A DNA stretch of 64,000 bases. Origin: a virus. Shown in pieces: positions 1 to 9,029 of the stretch (its first letter is position 1; every line of letters begins with the position of its first letter). The stretch covers positions 111,136 to 175,135 of the IMG/VR virus record IMGVR_UViG_3300032287_003559. One strand, 5' to 3'. The translations under genes and the position numbers were made by a program. Below the pieces are notes generated by a model, which saw only the letters and a list, made by a program, of their open reading frames with translations, ran no database searches and was not told where the DNA came from.

Positions 1-774
1 TTCCCTGCTCTGAACAACCGTGCAACTCTGACCCTTGGTGCTAAGGTCCGTAACACCGAAATGGCTTGGTTGCCTACTGCATACAAGTCGGAAGTTCTTG
101 ACTTCTTTGCTGTTGCTGGTGCTCCTGGCGTTTATAACAAGGCAACTGGTGCTGGTTTCGGTGCTCTGTGGAGTCAAGGTAAGACTGGTTTCGTTGCTGG
201 TGTAAACTATGTTGCTCAAAAGGGTGACGACAGCGAAACTGGTGTCTTTGATGAAACCAGCGGTCTGAACACTCTGGCACAAATCGGTTACCGTGGTAAG
301 AACTGGGGTATCGGTGCTGGTTACCGTTATGGTACTGAAGGTACTCGTGTTCGCACCTACAACGGTCTGAATGGAGCTGGTGGTACTCTGGTTCCTGGTC
401 AAACCTCTAATGGTTATGCCGTGAACGCATACTGGCAACCTACTAAGTCTGGTATCGTTCCTTCCATCTCTGCTGGTTATGGTTGGAACACCGTGAGTGG
501 TACTGCAAGTGCTGCTACCGATAGTCAGTCGTGGTTTGCTGGTCTCCAGTGGGCAGATGTACTTGCTAAGGGCAACTCTGCTGGTATTGCTATCGGTCAA
601 GCACCTACGGGCGAAGACCTTGAGGCAGCAACGATGCTTGAAATCTTCTACAAGTATCAAGTTTCGGATAACATTAGTATCACTCCTGCGATCTTTTACG
701 CAAGTGATAATCAACGCCTGATTGGTGATGCCTCTAAGTGGGGTGGCGTGATCCAGACCAAGTTTACGTTCTGA
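1..774 (+). CDS. Cyanobacterial-type outer-membrane porin (SomA/OprB-like), 5'-truncated by the window edge
   Basis: Frame is open from base 1; amphipathic beta-strands; 'EIFYKYQVSDNISITPAIFY' and C-terminal 'TKFTF' ending in Phe are typical of cyanobacterial porins. Confidence 0.8.
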   Translation, partial: FPALNNRATLTLGAKVRNTEMAWLPTAYKSEVLDFFAVAGAPGVYNKATGAGFGALWSQGKTGFVAGVNYVAQKGDDSETGVFDETSGLNTLAQIGYRGKNWGIGAGYRYGTEGTRVRTYNGLNGAGGTLVPGQTSNGYAVNAYWQPTKSGIVPSISAGYGWNTVSGTASAATDSQSWFAGLQWADVLAKGNSAGIAIGQAPTGEDLEAATMLEIFYKYQVSDNISITPAIFYASDNQRLIGDASKWGGVIQTKFTF

Positions 775-777
775 TAA

Positions 778-2085
<1,308 letters not shown>

Positions 2086-2087
2086 AC

Positions 2088-2116
2088 CTTAACCAATTCT
2101 TAGTGGACTTTAATTT
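2088..2116 (+). promoter_or_regulatory. Putative Pho box upstream of pstS
   Basis: CTTAACCA (2088), CTTAGTGG (2099), TTTAATTT (2109): about 11-bp-spaced repeats resembling the cyanobacterial PyTTAAPyPy(T/A) consensus. Confidence 0.5.
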
Positions 2117-2168
2117 TTTTCTCTAGTAGAATTACTTACGAAGTCGTTACTTTTACTTCAAACTTTTT

Positions 2169-3134
2169 ATGAAACTCAAAAACTTTATTGCTATTGGTCT
2201 GGTTGCTGCTCCTGTTGGTGCTATTGCTGGACCTGCTTTGAATGGTGCAGGTGCCACCTTCCCTGCACCTCTTTATCAACGTTGGTTCCAAGATTATGCA
2301 CGAACTTCTGGGAGTAGGGTTAATTATCAGTCCGTTGGTTCTGGCGCTGGTATTCGTCAATTTGTTGCAGGCACAGTTGACTTCGCAGCAAGCGACGAAC
2401 CAATCAAACCCGCAGAAGCAGCAAAAGTGAAGCGTGGTGTCGTTCAGTTCCCTGCTGTGGGTGGAACGATCGCTGTTGCTTATAATAAACCCGGTTGCAC
2501 TCTGAAACTCACTCAGAAGCAGACTGTAGATATCTTTGCTGGACGCATTAAGGATTGGAACAAACTACCTAACTGTGGTAATGGTCCCATTCGCGTTGTT
2601 CATCGTTCTGATGGTTCTGGAACCACCTTTGCTTTCACTAACTCTCTGGAAGCATTTGGTGGTTGGACTTATGGCGTTGCAAAGGCAGTCAACTGGCCTA
2701 CTGGTGTTGGTGCAAAAGGTAATGAAGGTGTTTCTGGAACTATTCGTAACACTCCTGGTGCGATTGGTTATGTGAATACTGGATTTATAAAAGCAAACAA
2801 ACTTCAAGCAGCAGCAATTCAAAATAAGGCAGGGCAGTTTGTTCTTCCTTCTGCTAAGTCTGGTGCTGCTGCTCTGAATAGTATTTCTCTGGATAGCAAT
2901 CTTGCAGGAGAAAATCCTAATCCTGCAGGTGCTGGTGCATATCCTATCTCCACACTTACTTGGATTCTTGCTTATAAGACTGGTAATGGTGCTGAGACAG
3001 ATGACCTCCAGAAAACCTTTAACTATATTCTGAGCGGTAAGGCACAGATGATTGCTGATGATCTGGGTTATGTTCCTCTTGCAGGAAGCGTTCTAAACAA
3101 GTCTCGTATTGCTGTGAAGCGTATTGGTCAGTAA
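2169..3134 (+). CDS. pstS: Phosphate ABC transporter substrate-binding protein
   Basis: Signal peptide; GAGATFPAPLYQRW, NYQSVGSGAG, HRSDGSGTT, YPISTLTWIL. Confidence 0.96.
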   Translation: MKLKNFIAIGLVAAPVGAIAGPALNGAGATFPAPLYQRWFQDYARTSGSRVNYQSVGSGAGIRQFVAGTVDFAASDEPIKPAEAAKVKRGVVQFPAVGGTIAVAYNKPGCTLKLTQKQTVDIFAGRIKDWNKLPNCGNGPIRVVHRSDGSGTTFAFTNSLEAFGGWTYGVAKAVNWPTGVGAKGNEGVSGTIRNTPGAIGYVNTGFIKANKLQAAAIQNKAGQFVLPSAKSGAAALNSISLDSNLAGENPNPAGAGAYPISTLTWILAYKTGNGAETDDLQKTFNYILSGKAQMIADDLGYVPLAGSVLNKSRIAVKRIGQ

Positions 3135-3143
3135 ATGTTAACA

Positions 3144-3180
3144 GGAGGGGCTTGACGGTCCCTCTTTTTTTCTATATAAT
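3144..3180 (+). terminator. Terminator hairpin overlapping a sigma70-like promoter
   Basis: GGAGGGGC..GTCCCTCT plus T-run; TTGACG (3152) -17 bp- TATAAT (3175). Confidence 0.75.
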
Positions 3181-3207
3181 ACTGTAACAATTCGTAATAA
3201 AACGAAA

Positions 3208-3417
3208 ATGACTGTAACAAAAAATGAATTTGGTCAAATGAATATGTGGGCAAAAGAACCCTCTATGTATATGACAAAAGAAGATCTTGAGCGTTATGGA
3301 ATTGAACCATATGCTGAAAAGGCAGAAAAAATGAATGGTCGTTGGGCAATGATGGGATTTGTTGCTGGTGTTATTTCTTATGCTATCACTGGTAACTTCT
3401 TCTTTGGTGTATTCTGA
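3208..3417 (+). CDS. hli: High-light-inducible protein
   Basis: AEKMNGRWAMMGF chlorophyll-binding motif and C-terminal TGNFFFGVF. Confidence 0.92.
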   Translation: MTVTKNEFGQMNMWAKEPSMYMTKEDLERYGIEPYAEKAEKMNGRWAMMGFVAGVISYAITGNFFFGVF

Positions 3418-3503
3418 TGACTGAGTTTATTTTCACTTTCACTGGTATTGCATTTTTGGTTCTTCTGAGTTATTCTGTAGAGAAAGTTTGCGAAACATAC
3501 TAA
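3417..3503 (+). CDS. 28-aa hydrophobic peptide (MTEFIFTFTGIAFLVLLSYSVEKVCETY)
   Basis: Translated by hand; TGATG and TAATG overlaps couple it to both neighbours. Confidence 0.6.
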   Translation: MTEFIFTFTGIAFLVLLSYSVEKVCETY

Positions 3504-3778
3504 TGAGTGCTGATATGCTCGGGCAATTTTCAATTGCTCTTGAAAAACTTGGATGGTCTAATGATGATGTAATCTCAGTTGAAATTGGTGGTGTAGCAGT
3601 CACAGGAACTGCAACTCACTCAGATGCAAATCCAAAGTGGGCAAAGCCATACGGAACTGTAACTTATCAGAATGATGCATTTATTGTCATCAAAAATAAA
3701 ACCAGAAATCCTGTGGTTTCGTCCCAACCAAATCCTGAACTTAAACAACAACACCCTTATAAAGGAGAAAACAAATGA
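3503..3778 (+). CDS. Hypothetical protein
   Basis: ORF; ATG at 3503 overlaps the upstream stop. Confidence 0.7.
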   Translation: MSADMLGQFSIALEKLGWSNDDVISVEIGGVAVTGTATHSDANPKWAKPYGTVTYQNDAFIVIKNKTRNPVVSSQPNPELKQQHPYKGENK

Positions 3779-3894
3779 ACAAAATTTTTACTGAGCGCGC
3801 AGAGCGTATTAATGGATGGGCTGCAATGATCGGATTTGTTGCTGCTGCTGGTTCTTATCTGGTTACTGGGCAAATTATTCCCGGTGTATTTTGA
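3775..3894 (+). CDS. hli: Second high-light-inducible protein (39 aa, not in the ORF track)
   Basis: MNKIFTERAERINGWAAMIGFVAAAGSYLVTGQIIPGVF; AGGAG RBS. Confidence 0.92.
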   Translation: MNKIFTERAERINGWAAMIGFVAAAGSYLVTGQIIPGVF

Positions 3895-3905
3895 TGGAGG
3901 TTCCT

Positions 3906-4433
3906 ATGCGTAAAGAAGGTTATCAAATTCCTCAAGTTGAGTTTGTGTTCCGTGAAGCAGGTGAGTTTGTAACACGTACTTCTACCGAACTTTTCAATAG
4001 CAAGCGTGTTGTAATCTTCTCTCTTCCTGGTGCGTTTACTCCTACATGTAGTGCCTATCAACTTCCTGGTTTTGAGGAAAAGTTTGAAGACTTTAAAGCA
4101 CTTGGTATTGATGAGATTTATTGCATCTCTGTGAATGATGGTTTTGTAATGAATGCTTGGGCACAAGATCAAAATATTCAAAACGTAAAACTAATTCCCG
4201 ATGGAAATGCATATTTCACCCGTTCGATGGGTATGCTCGTCAATAAGTCGAACCTTGGGTTCGGTGAGCGTAGTTGGCGTTACGCTGCTGTGGTAAAAGA
4301 CGGTATTATTGAAAAACTGTTTGTTGAACCTGGAAAGCGTGATAATTCCCCAGAAGATCCTTATGGTGAAACAACTCCAGAAAATGTTTTGAATTATATT
4401 AGATCATCTGTATTAGAGATGGAACTTGTTTGA
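3906..4433 (+). CDS. Type II (Prx5-like) peroxiredoxin
   Basis: FSLPGAFTPTCS, SVNDGFVMNAW, RSWRYA; GGAGG RBS before ATG 3906. Confidence 0.92.
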   Translation: MRKEGYQIPQVEFVFREAGEFVTRTSTELFNSKRVVIFSLPGAFTPTCSAYQLPGFEEKFEDFKALGIDEIYCISVNDGFVMNAWAQDQNIQNVKLIPDGNAYFTRSMGMLVNKSNLGFGERSWRYAAVVKDGIIEKLFVEPGKRDNSPEDPYGETTPENVLNYIRSSVLEMELV

Positions 4434-4437
4434 TTTT

Positions 4438-4461
4438 AAGGAGGGTTTAACCCTCCTTTTT
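4438..4461 (+). terminator. Rho-independent terminator
   Basis: AAGGAGGGT-ttaa-CCCTCCTT plus T-run; late-promoter-like CTAAATA follows. Confidence 0.8.
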
Positions 4462-4492
4462 ACTAAATACATTTACTCTATGTTTGGGAAAG

Positions 4493-5188
4493 ATGAGAGT
4501 AGATCTTCATAACTTCTTTAAGCATTATGATGAAAATAATCCAAAACATGTTGCAGCAGTAGAGCAACTTGAAGTGGATCTTGCAAGTAAGAATCCAGAT
4601 TTGATCGATGATGCCTCAAACTGGGTTCGCATCTATAGAACAGTTCCTGCAGTTCCGGGAATTCTTCCAGTTCCTTATTATCCACAGACAGATAACTACA
4701 GAGACGCACAAAGAACCTGTAACTCATCTTCTTGTGCGATGTGTCTAGAATACTTTAAACCAGGCACGTTACAAGGGGCAAAGGGCGATGATGCCTATAT
4801 TCAAAAGGTATTTGCTATTGGTGATACAACTGATCACTCCGTCCAGACGAAAGTTCTGGAAGGTTATGGAGTTAAGTCACACTTCAGTTACAATCTTTCT
4901 TTCTCTGATCTTGATCGTGAGCTTGCCGCTGGGAGACCTGTCGTTATCGGGATTCTTCATAGGGGCACTTTATCTGCACCTACTGGTGGGCACATGGTTG
5001 TAGTCATCGGTAAAAAGGGTGAAGACTACGTAGTAAATGATCCGTATGGATCTTTGAATGATGGTTATACGGGAGCAGTAACCAACGGTAAAGGTGCTGT
5101 ATATAAGAAATCAGATCTGATGTATCGTTGGTTAGATCATGGTAAGGATAGAACTGGTTGGGGTCGTATTTTTGATATAAAAAAGTAG
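4493..5188 (+). CDS. C39-like (papain-fold) cysteine peptidase
   Basis: PYYPQ..RTCNSSSCAM (Cys), GGHMVVVIG (His), VVNDP (Asp); ends on A_AAA_AAG TAG. Confidence 0.85.
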   Translation: MRVDLHNFFKHYDENNPKHVAAVEQLEVDLASKNPDLIDDASNWVRIYRTVPAVPGILPVPYYPQTDNYRDAQRTCNSSSCAMCLEYFKPGTLQGAKGDDAYIQKVFAIGDTTDHSVQTKVLEGYGVKSHFSYNLSFSDLDRELAAGRPVVIGILHRGTLSAPTGGHMVVVIGKKGEDYVVNDPYGSLNDGYTGAVTNGKGAVYKKSDLMYRWLDHGKDRTGWGRIFDIKK

Positions 5189-5260
5189 AACCAACACCAC
5201 CACCAAAAAATGACATCCCTTTGTGTGGTGTTGAATTAATTAAATCTTTTGAGGGATGTC
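5179..5260 (+). other. Candidate -1 programmed ribosomal frameshift signal: A_AAA_AAG plus H-type pseudoknot
   Basis: Heptamer 5179-5185; stem 1 CAACACCAC (5192-5200)/GTGGTGTTG (5225-5233); stem 2 GACATCCCT (5212-5220)/AGGGATGTC (5252-5260). Confidence 0.8.
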
Positions 5261-5676
5261 GTTTAAATGCATATCCTGATCCATTAACCGGAGGTCTTCC
5301 AATCACAATCGGTTGGGGGAGTACAAAAGATTTTGATCGAACTCCTTTTAAGATGGGTAAAGTGATTACTCAAAAGTATGCAGACACTCTACTTGAGTTT
5401 GAGTTAAGAAATAGATACCTTCCTTCCCTACAAAAAATACCATATTGGGACGAAATGAATGAAAATCAAAGAGGGGCTTTGCTTTGCTTTGCTTACAATC
5501 TTGGTGCAGATTTTTATGGTAATTCTAACTTCAGTACTATTACAAGGATCTTAAAGAATAGGGAATGGAATAAAGTTCCTGATGCACTATACCTTTACCG
5601 TAATCCAGGAACTAAAGTTGAAGCAGGATTAGTAAGAAGAAGAGTTGCTGAAGGAAATCTTTGGTCTAGACCATAA
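5185..5676 (+). CDS. GH24 lysozyme (endolysin) domain in the -1 frame relative to the peptidase
   Basis: IKSFEGCRLNAYPD..ITIGWG, FAYNLG, GLVRRRVAE; frame open from 5176; only a TTG (5221) start before the catalytic motif and no obvious RBS. Confidence 0.88.
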   Translation, partial: VEPTPPPKNDIPLCGVELIKSFEGCRLNAYPDPLTGGLPITIGWGSTKDFDRTPFKMGKVITQKYADTLLEFELRNRYLPSLQKIPYWDEMNENQRGALLCFAYNLGADFYGNSNFSTITRILKNREWNKVPDALYLYRNPGTKVEAGLVRRRVAEGNLWSRP

Positions 5677-6007
5677 AAGGAACTGCTACACCTTCATTAA
5701 TCATTCTTTCATTTACCGTGACTGGATCTCCTACAAAATAAAGAGTTCCAAGTATTCTTCCGTACTTATCTTCTTTTGTAGTCTCAATAATCCATTCACC
5801 TTCTTTTGCGAGTTCTTTTTTTAACCATTCTTTTGCTGCAAGACCTCTTTCTTTTTCTTCTATGTCCAAAGTTCTTGTTTCTGCGGCATTAATACCTTTA
5901 AGGCGAACTCTTTGAGATAAGGTAATTCCAAATCCCAAATCAATATCAACGTCAACTGTATCACCATCAATGATTCTTTTGATTTTCTTTATTTTGTATT
6001 GATACAT
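5666..6007 (-). CDS. Thermonuclease (SNase-like) family nuclease
   Basis: IIDGDTVDVDIDLGF, RVRLKGINAAE, DKYGRILG. Confidence 0.85.
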   Translation of the reverse strand: MYQYKIKKIKRIIDGDTVDVDIDLGFGITLSQRVRLKGINAAETRTLDIEEKERGLAAKEWLKKELAKEGEWIIETTKEDKYGRILGTLYFVGDPVTVNERMINEGVAVPFMV

Positions 6008-6107
6008 TTTCTTGATTTGCAATGAGTAATATTTTATAAATGACCCAAGCGACTCCTATGAGTCCAATACCCAATAGTATATTTACACTCCAGACTACCT
6101 CTTTCAT
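5967..6107 (-). CDS. 46-aa single-pass membrane protein (MKEVVWSVNILLGIGLIGVAWVIYKILLIA...)
   Basis: Translated by hand; start overlaps the stop of 6104..6295. Confidence 0.6.
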   Translation of the reverse strand: MKEVVWSVNILLGIGLIGVAWVIYKILLIANQENVSIQNKENQKNH

Positions 6108-6295
6108 TTTCCCTCTTGGCGATGTATCCAAGTTTTAAGTTCATGTAAATATTGTCTAAGCATGTCTGCTTTTTGCAGATGCCAAGTATCGCCACTCTTA
6201 AAGTACTCTTGAGTGTGATTGTCTATTGCTTTAAGGATATTGTGGATGGGAGCATTCCAAGGAGCTCTTTCATCCGTGTTCCATTCTCTGGGCAT
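6104..6295 (-). CDS. Hypothetical protein
   Basis: 63-aa ORF in a tightly packed minus-strand cluster. Confidence 0.7.
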   Translation of the reverse strand: MPREWNTDERAPWNAPIHNILKAIDNHTQEYFKSGDTWHLQKADMLRQYLHELKTWIHRQEGK

Positions 6296-6298
6296 ATA

Positions 6299-6400
6299 TC
6301 ACTTTTTCTTACCTCCATTCTTTGCCTTTTTCGCAGTCGCATTACCTTGATTCTGCTTTGAAGGTCCTTTCTTGGACTTCTTGTTGGGCGACTTAGACAT
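6299..6400 (-). CDS. 33-aa Lys-rich basic peptide (MSKSPNKKSKKGPSKQNQGNATAKKAKNGGKKK)
   Basis: Translated by hand; minus-strand TAAATA late-promoter-like motifs lie upstream. Confidence 0.6.
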   Translation of the reverse strand: MSKSPNKKSKKGPSKQNQGNATAKKAKNGGKKK

Positions 6401-6468
6401 TTTAGTTTTTATATTTAAATATTTATGTTAGAATAAATATAGTAAAAGATAAGCAGATAGTATTATAA

Positions 6469-8829
6469 GTGGCACTCAAAAAACCGTCAGACCTATTTAA
6501 TAAAAAAGAATCTTCTGGAGTTTTCGATCGTTTAGAAGTATCTATGGATATTTCAGAAACTTATGATCGTTTTCGTGATAACTTAGATAGAGTTAATGTT
6601 TTATCTGAAAAAGTAGAAGAACTATCCAACCAACTATCTCAAAAATTGGATAGAGATGATCTTGAGAATGCAATGCTATCTCAGTTGATGATTCTTGATG
6701 AAAATTTTAAATCTTTTCAGAATCAAATTAAGGGATTAAACAAAGAAGATTTAAAAGAGTTTAAATCAACAGTTTTAAGTCTTACTGAAATTGTTGAAGA
6801 ACTTTTTGAAAAAGAACTTCCAAGATACAAAAAACAAGTTACCAATACAGATATTCGTATTGGCGAAAAGTTTGATGATCTAAAAAAAGAAGTAAAAGAA
6901 AATATTATTAGCATTAAAGAAGATGTAGATTCTAAGGTAGAAAATATCGCTGAAGTAATTGATAATAATTTAGAATATTTTAACCGACAACTTGAAGAAA
7001 CATCTTTAGAAGTTAAGGAGAATATTAAAGAAACCAAGGATAGTTATCATAAACTCTATGATCTTCAGAATAAATTAGAAACATCTGTTGATTTATCTTT
7101 AGATGATTATCGTAAAGAACTTTCTGTTGCGAAGGCAGATATTCTAATTAATGATCAGCACATCAAAAATGTAGATCGATATATTCAAGAATATCATCAA
7201 GAACTTATTGAACTTAAAGAAGAAGTTTTTGATGAACTTGAAAAACTTCCAGTTGGAAATATTCAAGAAAATATTAAAAGACTTGAAAAGAAGATTGACT
7301 ATATTAAAGAGACATATTCTAGAATTGAACCGGAAGTTATTGTAAAGGAAGTCATTAAGGAAGGACTTCTTAATGAACCGCCAGAAACACAAAATACTGA
7401 TTCATTAACGCCATTAAATAAAAACTTTGTTACCCTAGATCAGCTTCAGGAACACTATAGATTATTCATTAATCGTATTCAACAGCAACTCTCTACATTA
7501 GGTGGAGGTGGTGAGACTCGTCTTGAATTTTTAGATGATGTTGATAGAAACTCTGTAAATCAAAATGGTTATGTTCTTCAATATAATTCTGCTCAAGGAA
7601 AGTTCATTGGGACAAGTTATATTTCTGGAAGTGGAATAGGATCCTTTACTCAACTTCAAGTTGCTGGCGTATCTACCTTTACTGCTGGTCCAGTTTTAAT
7701 TGGATCTGGTACTTCTACAGGAACGGCAACACAGAGACTTCAAGTTACTGGTGGTGGTTATGTTTCTGGTAATCTTGGTATTGGGACCACAAATCCAATA
7801 CAAAAAGTCGAAGTTATTAGTACAGATACTGATATTGTTAGGATTAGAGGAGCAAGTTCTGGAGTTCGTTTTCAGTCCAATCCTAGTTCAATGGACATTA
7901 TTTCTCATAATGGAAGTGATACTGGTACTAGGAATTTATTTATTAGACAATACTCTCAATCGGTTGGAATATTATTAGATACAAATAATAATGTTGGTAT
8001 TGGGACTACAAATCCATTAGCACTTTTGCAAGTTGGTGCTGGAACATCTGCAGTTGTTGTAACTGGTATTGGATCTGTTGGTATTGGGACTACAACTCCC
8101 GGTGCAATGTTAAATGTGAATGCACCGAGTGCGTTTGTGGGGAACCTGCTGGATTTGCAGGTTAATGGGACGAGACAGGTAAGTGCGAATAGCTCAGGCG
8201 TGATACGGTTAAAGCAATTACAGGCATCAAGTGCAGTAAGCAATGCTTGCAGCGCCGTAAACCTTGATTATTTTGGGACCGGAAACGCTGTTGGCGTTGC
8301 ATTTGGCAGGGAAGACGGAACATACTACGCAGCCCTGGGCCAGTTTAGCTTTGGCGCGCCTACTTGGGCCTTTTCCAGCACCCTTCTGCTTTCGTGGACG
8401 AACGGCACGGCAACTGGGGGCACGGCCGATCTCACCATTACTCGCGACGCCGCCAACACCCTCGCCCAGCGCAACGGCACTAACGCACAAGTCTTCCGGG
8501 TCTATAACACATACACTTCAGCATCACAATACGAAAGAGCATATCTGGGTTGGAACAATAATATATTCCAAATAGGTGTTGATACTGCTGGTATTTCTAC
8601 AGCAAGACAAATGGAATTCCAGACTGATGGAATCACTAGAGTTGCTATTAGTACTATCGGTTCTGTTGGTATTGGGACTACAACACCAACATCAACACTT
8701 CAGGTAATCGGTGACGCTCGCATTGGAATCAATACCTCTCAAGGAATTATTTTAACTTCTCCAAATGGAACAAGATATCGTTTAATAGTTGATAATAGTG
8801 GAGTTATAAGTACAGTTCTTGCGCCCTAA
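6469..8829 (+). CDS. Long coiled-coil protein with C-terminal tail-fibre-like (VGIGT) repeats
   Basis: About 340 aa of E/K/L-rich heptads, then repeated GNLGIGTT/GSVGIGTT; ATAAATA upstream. Confidence 0.75.
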   Translation: MALKKPSDLFNKKESSGVFDRLEVSMDISETYDRFRDNLDRVNVLSEKVEELSNQLSQKLDRDDLENAMLSQLMILDENFKSFQNQIKGLNKEDLKEFKSTVLSLTEIVEELFEKELPRYKKQVTNTDIRIGEKFDDLKKEVKENIISIKEDVDSKVENIAEVIDNNLEYFNRQLEETSLEVKENIKETKDSYHKLYDLQNKLETSVDLSLDDYRKELSVAKADILINDQHIKNVDRYIQEYHQELIELKEEVFDELEKLPVGNIQENIKRLEKKIDYIKETYSRIEPEVIVKEVIKEGLLNEPPETQNTDSLTPLNKNFVTLDQLQEHYRLFINRIQQQLSTLGGGGETRLEFLDDVDRNSVNQNGYVLQYNSAQGKFIGTSYISGSGIGSFTQLQVAGVSTFTAGPVLIGSGTSTGTATQRLQVTGGGYVSGNLGIGTTNPIQKVEVISTDTDIVRIRGASSGVRFQSNPSSMDIISHNGSDTGTRNLFIRQYSQSVGILLDTNNNVGIGTTNPLALLQVGAGTSAVVVTGIGSVGIGTTTPGAMLNVNAPSAFVGNLLDLQVNGTRQVSANSSGVIRLKQLQASSAVSNACSAVNLDYFGTGNAVGVAFGREDGTYYAALGQFSFGAPTWAFSSTLLLSWTNGTATGGTADLTITRDAANTLAQRNGTNAQVFRVYNTYTSASQYERAYLGWNNNIFQIGVDTAGISTARQMEFQTDGITRVAISTIGSVGIGTTTPTSTLQVIGDARIGINTSQGIILTSPNGTRYRLIVDNSGVISTVLAP

Positions 8830-8834
8830 GGGGG

Positions 8835-8868
8835 TTGACAGATTCGTAAAGGACTGTTACAATAAATA
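8835..8868 (+). promoter_or_regulatory. psbA promoter: sigma70-like with overlapping T4-type late promoter
   Basis: TTGACA (8835) -17 bp- TACAAT (8858), overlapping ATAAATA (8862-8868). Confidence 0.75.
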
Positions 8869-8907
8869 CATCAACAAGTTAAGAAATGTAACTGTTCTTA
8901 ATGTTGT

Positions 8908-9009
8908 CCTCTTCCTAACCGAGACCTATGGGGAGGTTAAACACAGTCTCTCATATCCACACTGGAGGGTGGTGTGGAGCATACTGATACCTGTTCGTCC
9001 CCCCGAACT
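8908..9009 (+). ncRNA. Structured psbA 5' leader, PhotoRC-II-like motif
   Basis: CCTCTTCC/GGGGAGG crossing GAGAC (8921)/GTCTC (8946), then TCCACACT/GGTGTGGA hairpin; sits directly upstream of phage psbA. Confidence 0.65.
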
Positions 9010-9029
9010 TCTATCTAACACTCTTACAA

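Noticed and set aside
3816-3905. Cys-rich N-terminal extension of the peroxiredoxin in the ORF track
   Set aside because: It is the off-frame reading of the hli gene at 3775-3894; a GGAGG RBS supports ATG 3906.
5186-5188. TAG read-through or stop-codon reassignment as the link between split genes (also at 27028-27030)
   Set aside because: In-frame read-through hits another stop within about 17 codons in both cases and does not enter the downstream domain; only the -1 frame does. Other genes end normally on TAG.
8227-8575. Alternative-frame ORFs within the GC-rich patch
   Set aside because: Expected by-product of high GC (few stops); no RBS or motifs.
8875-8900. NtcA or RpaB (HLR1) site upstream of psbA
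   Set aside because: GTA-N8-TAA misses the NtcA consensus and the HLR1-like match is only partial; too weak to call.
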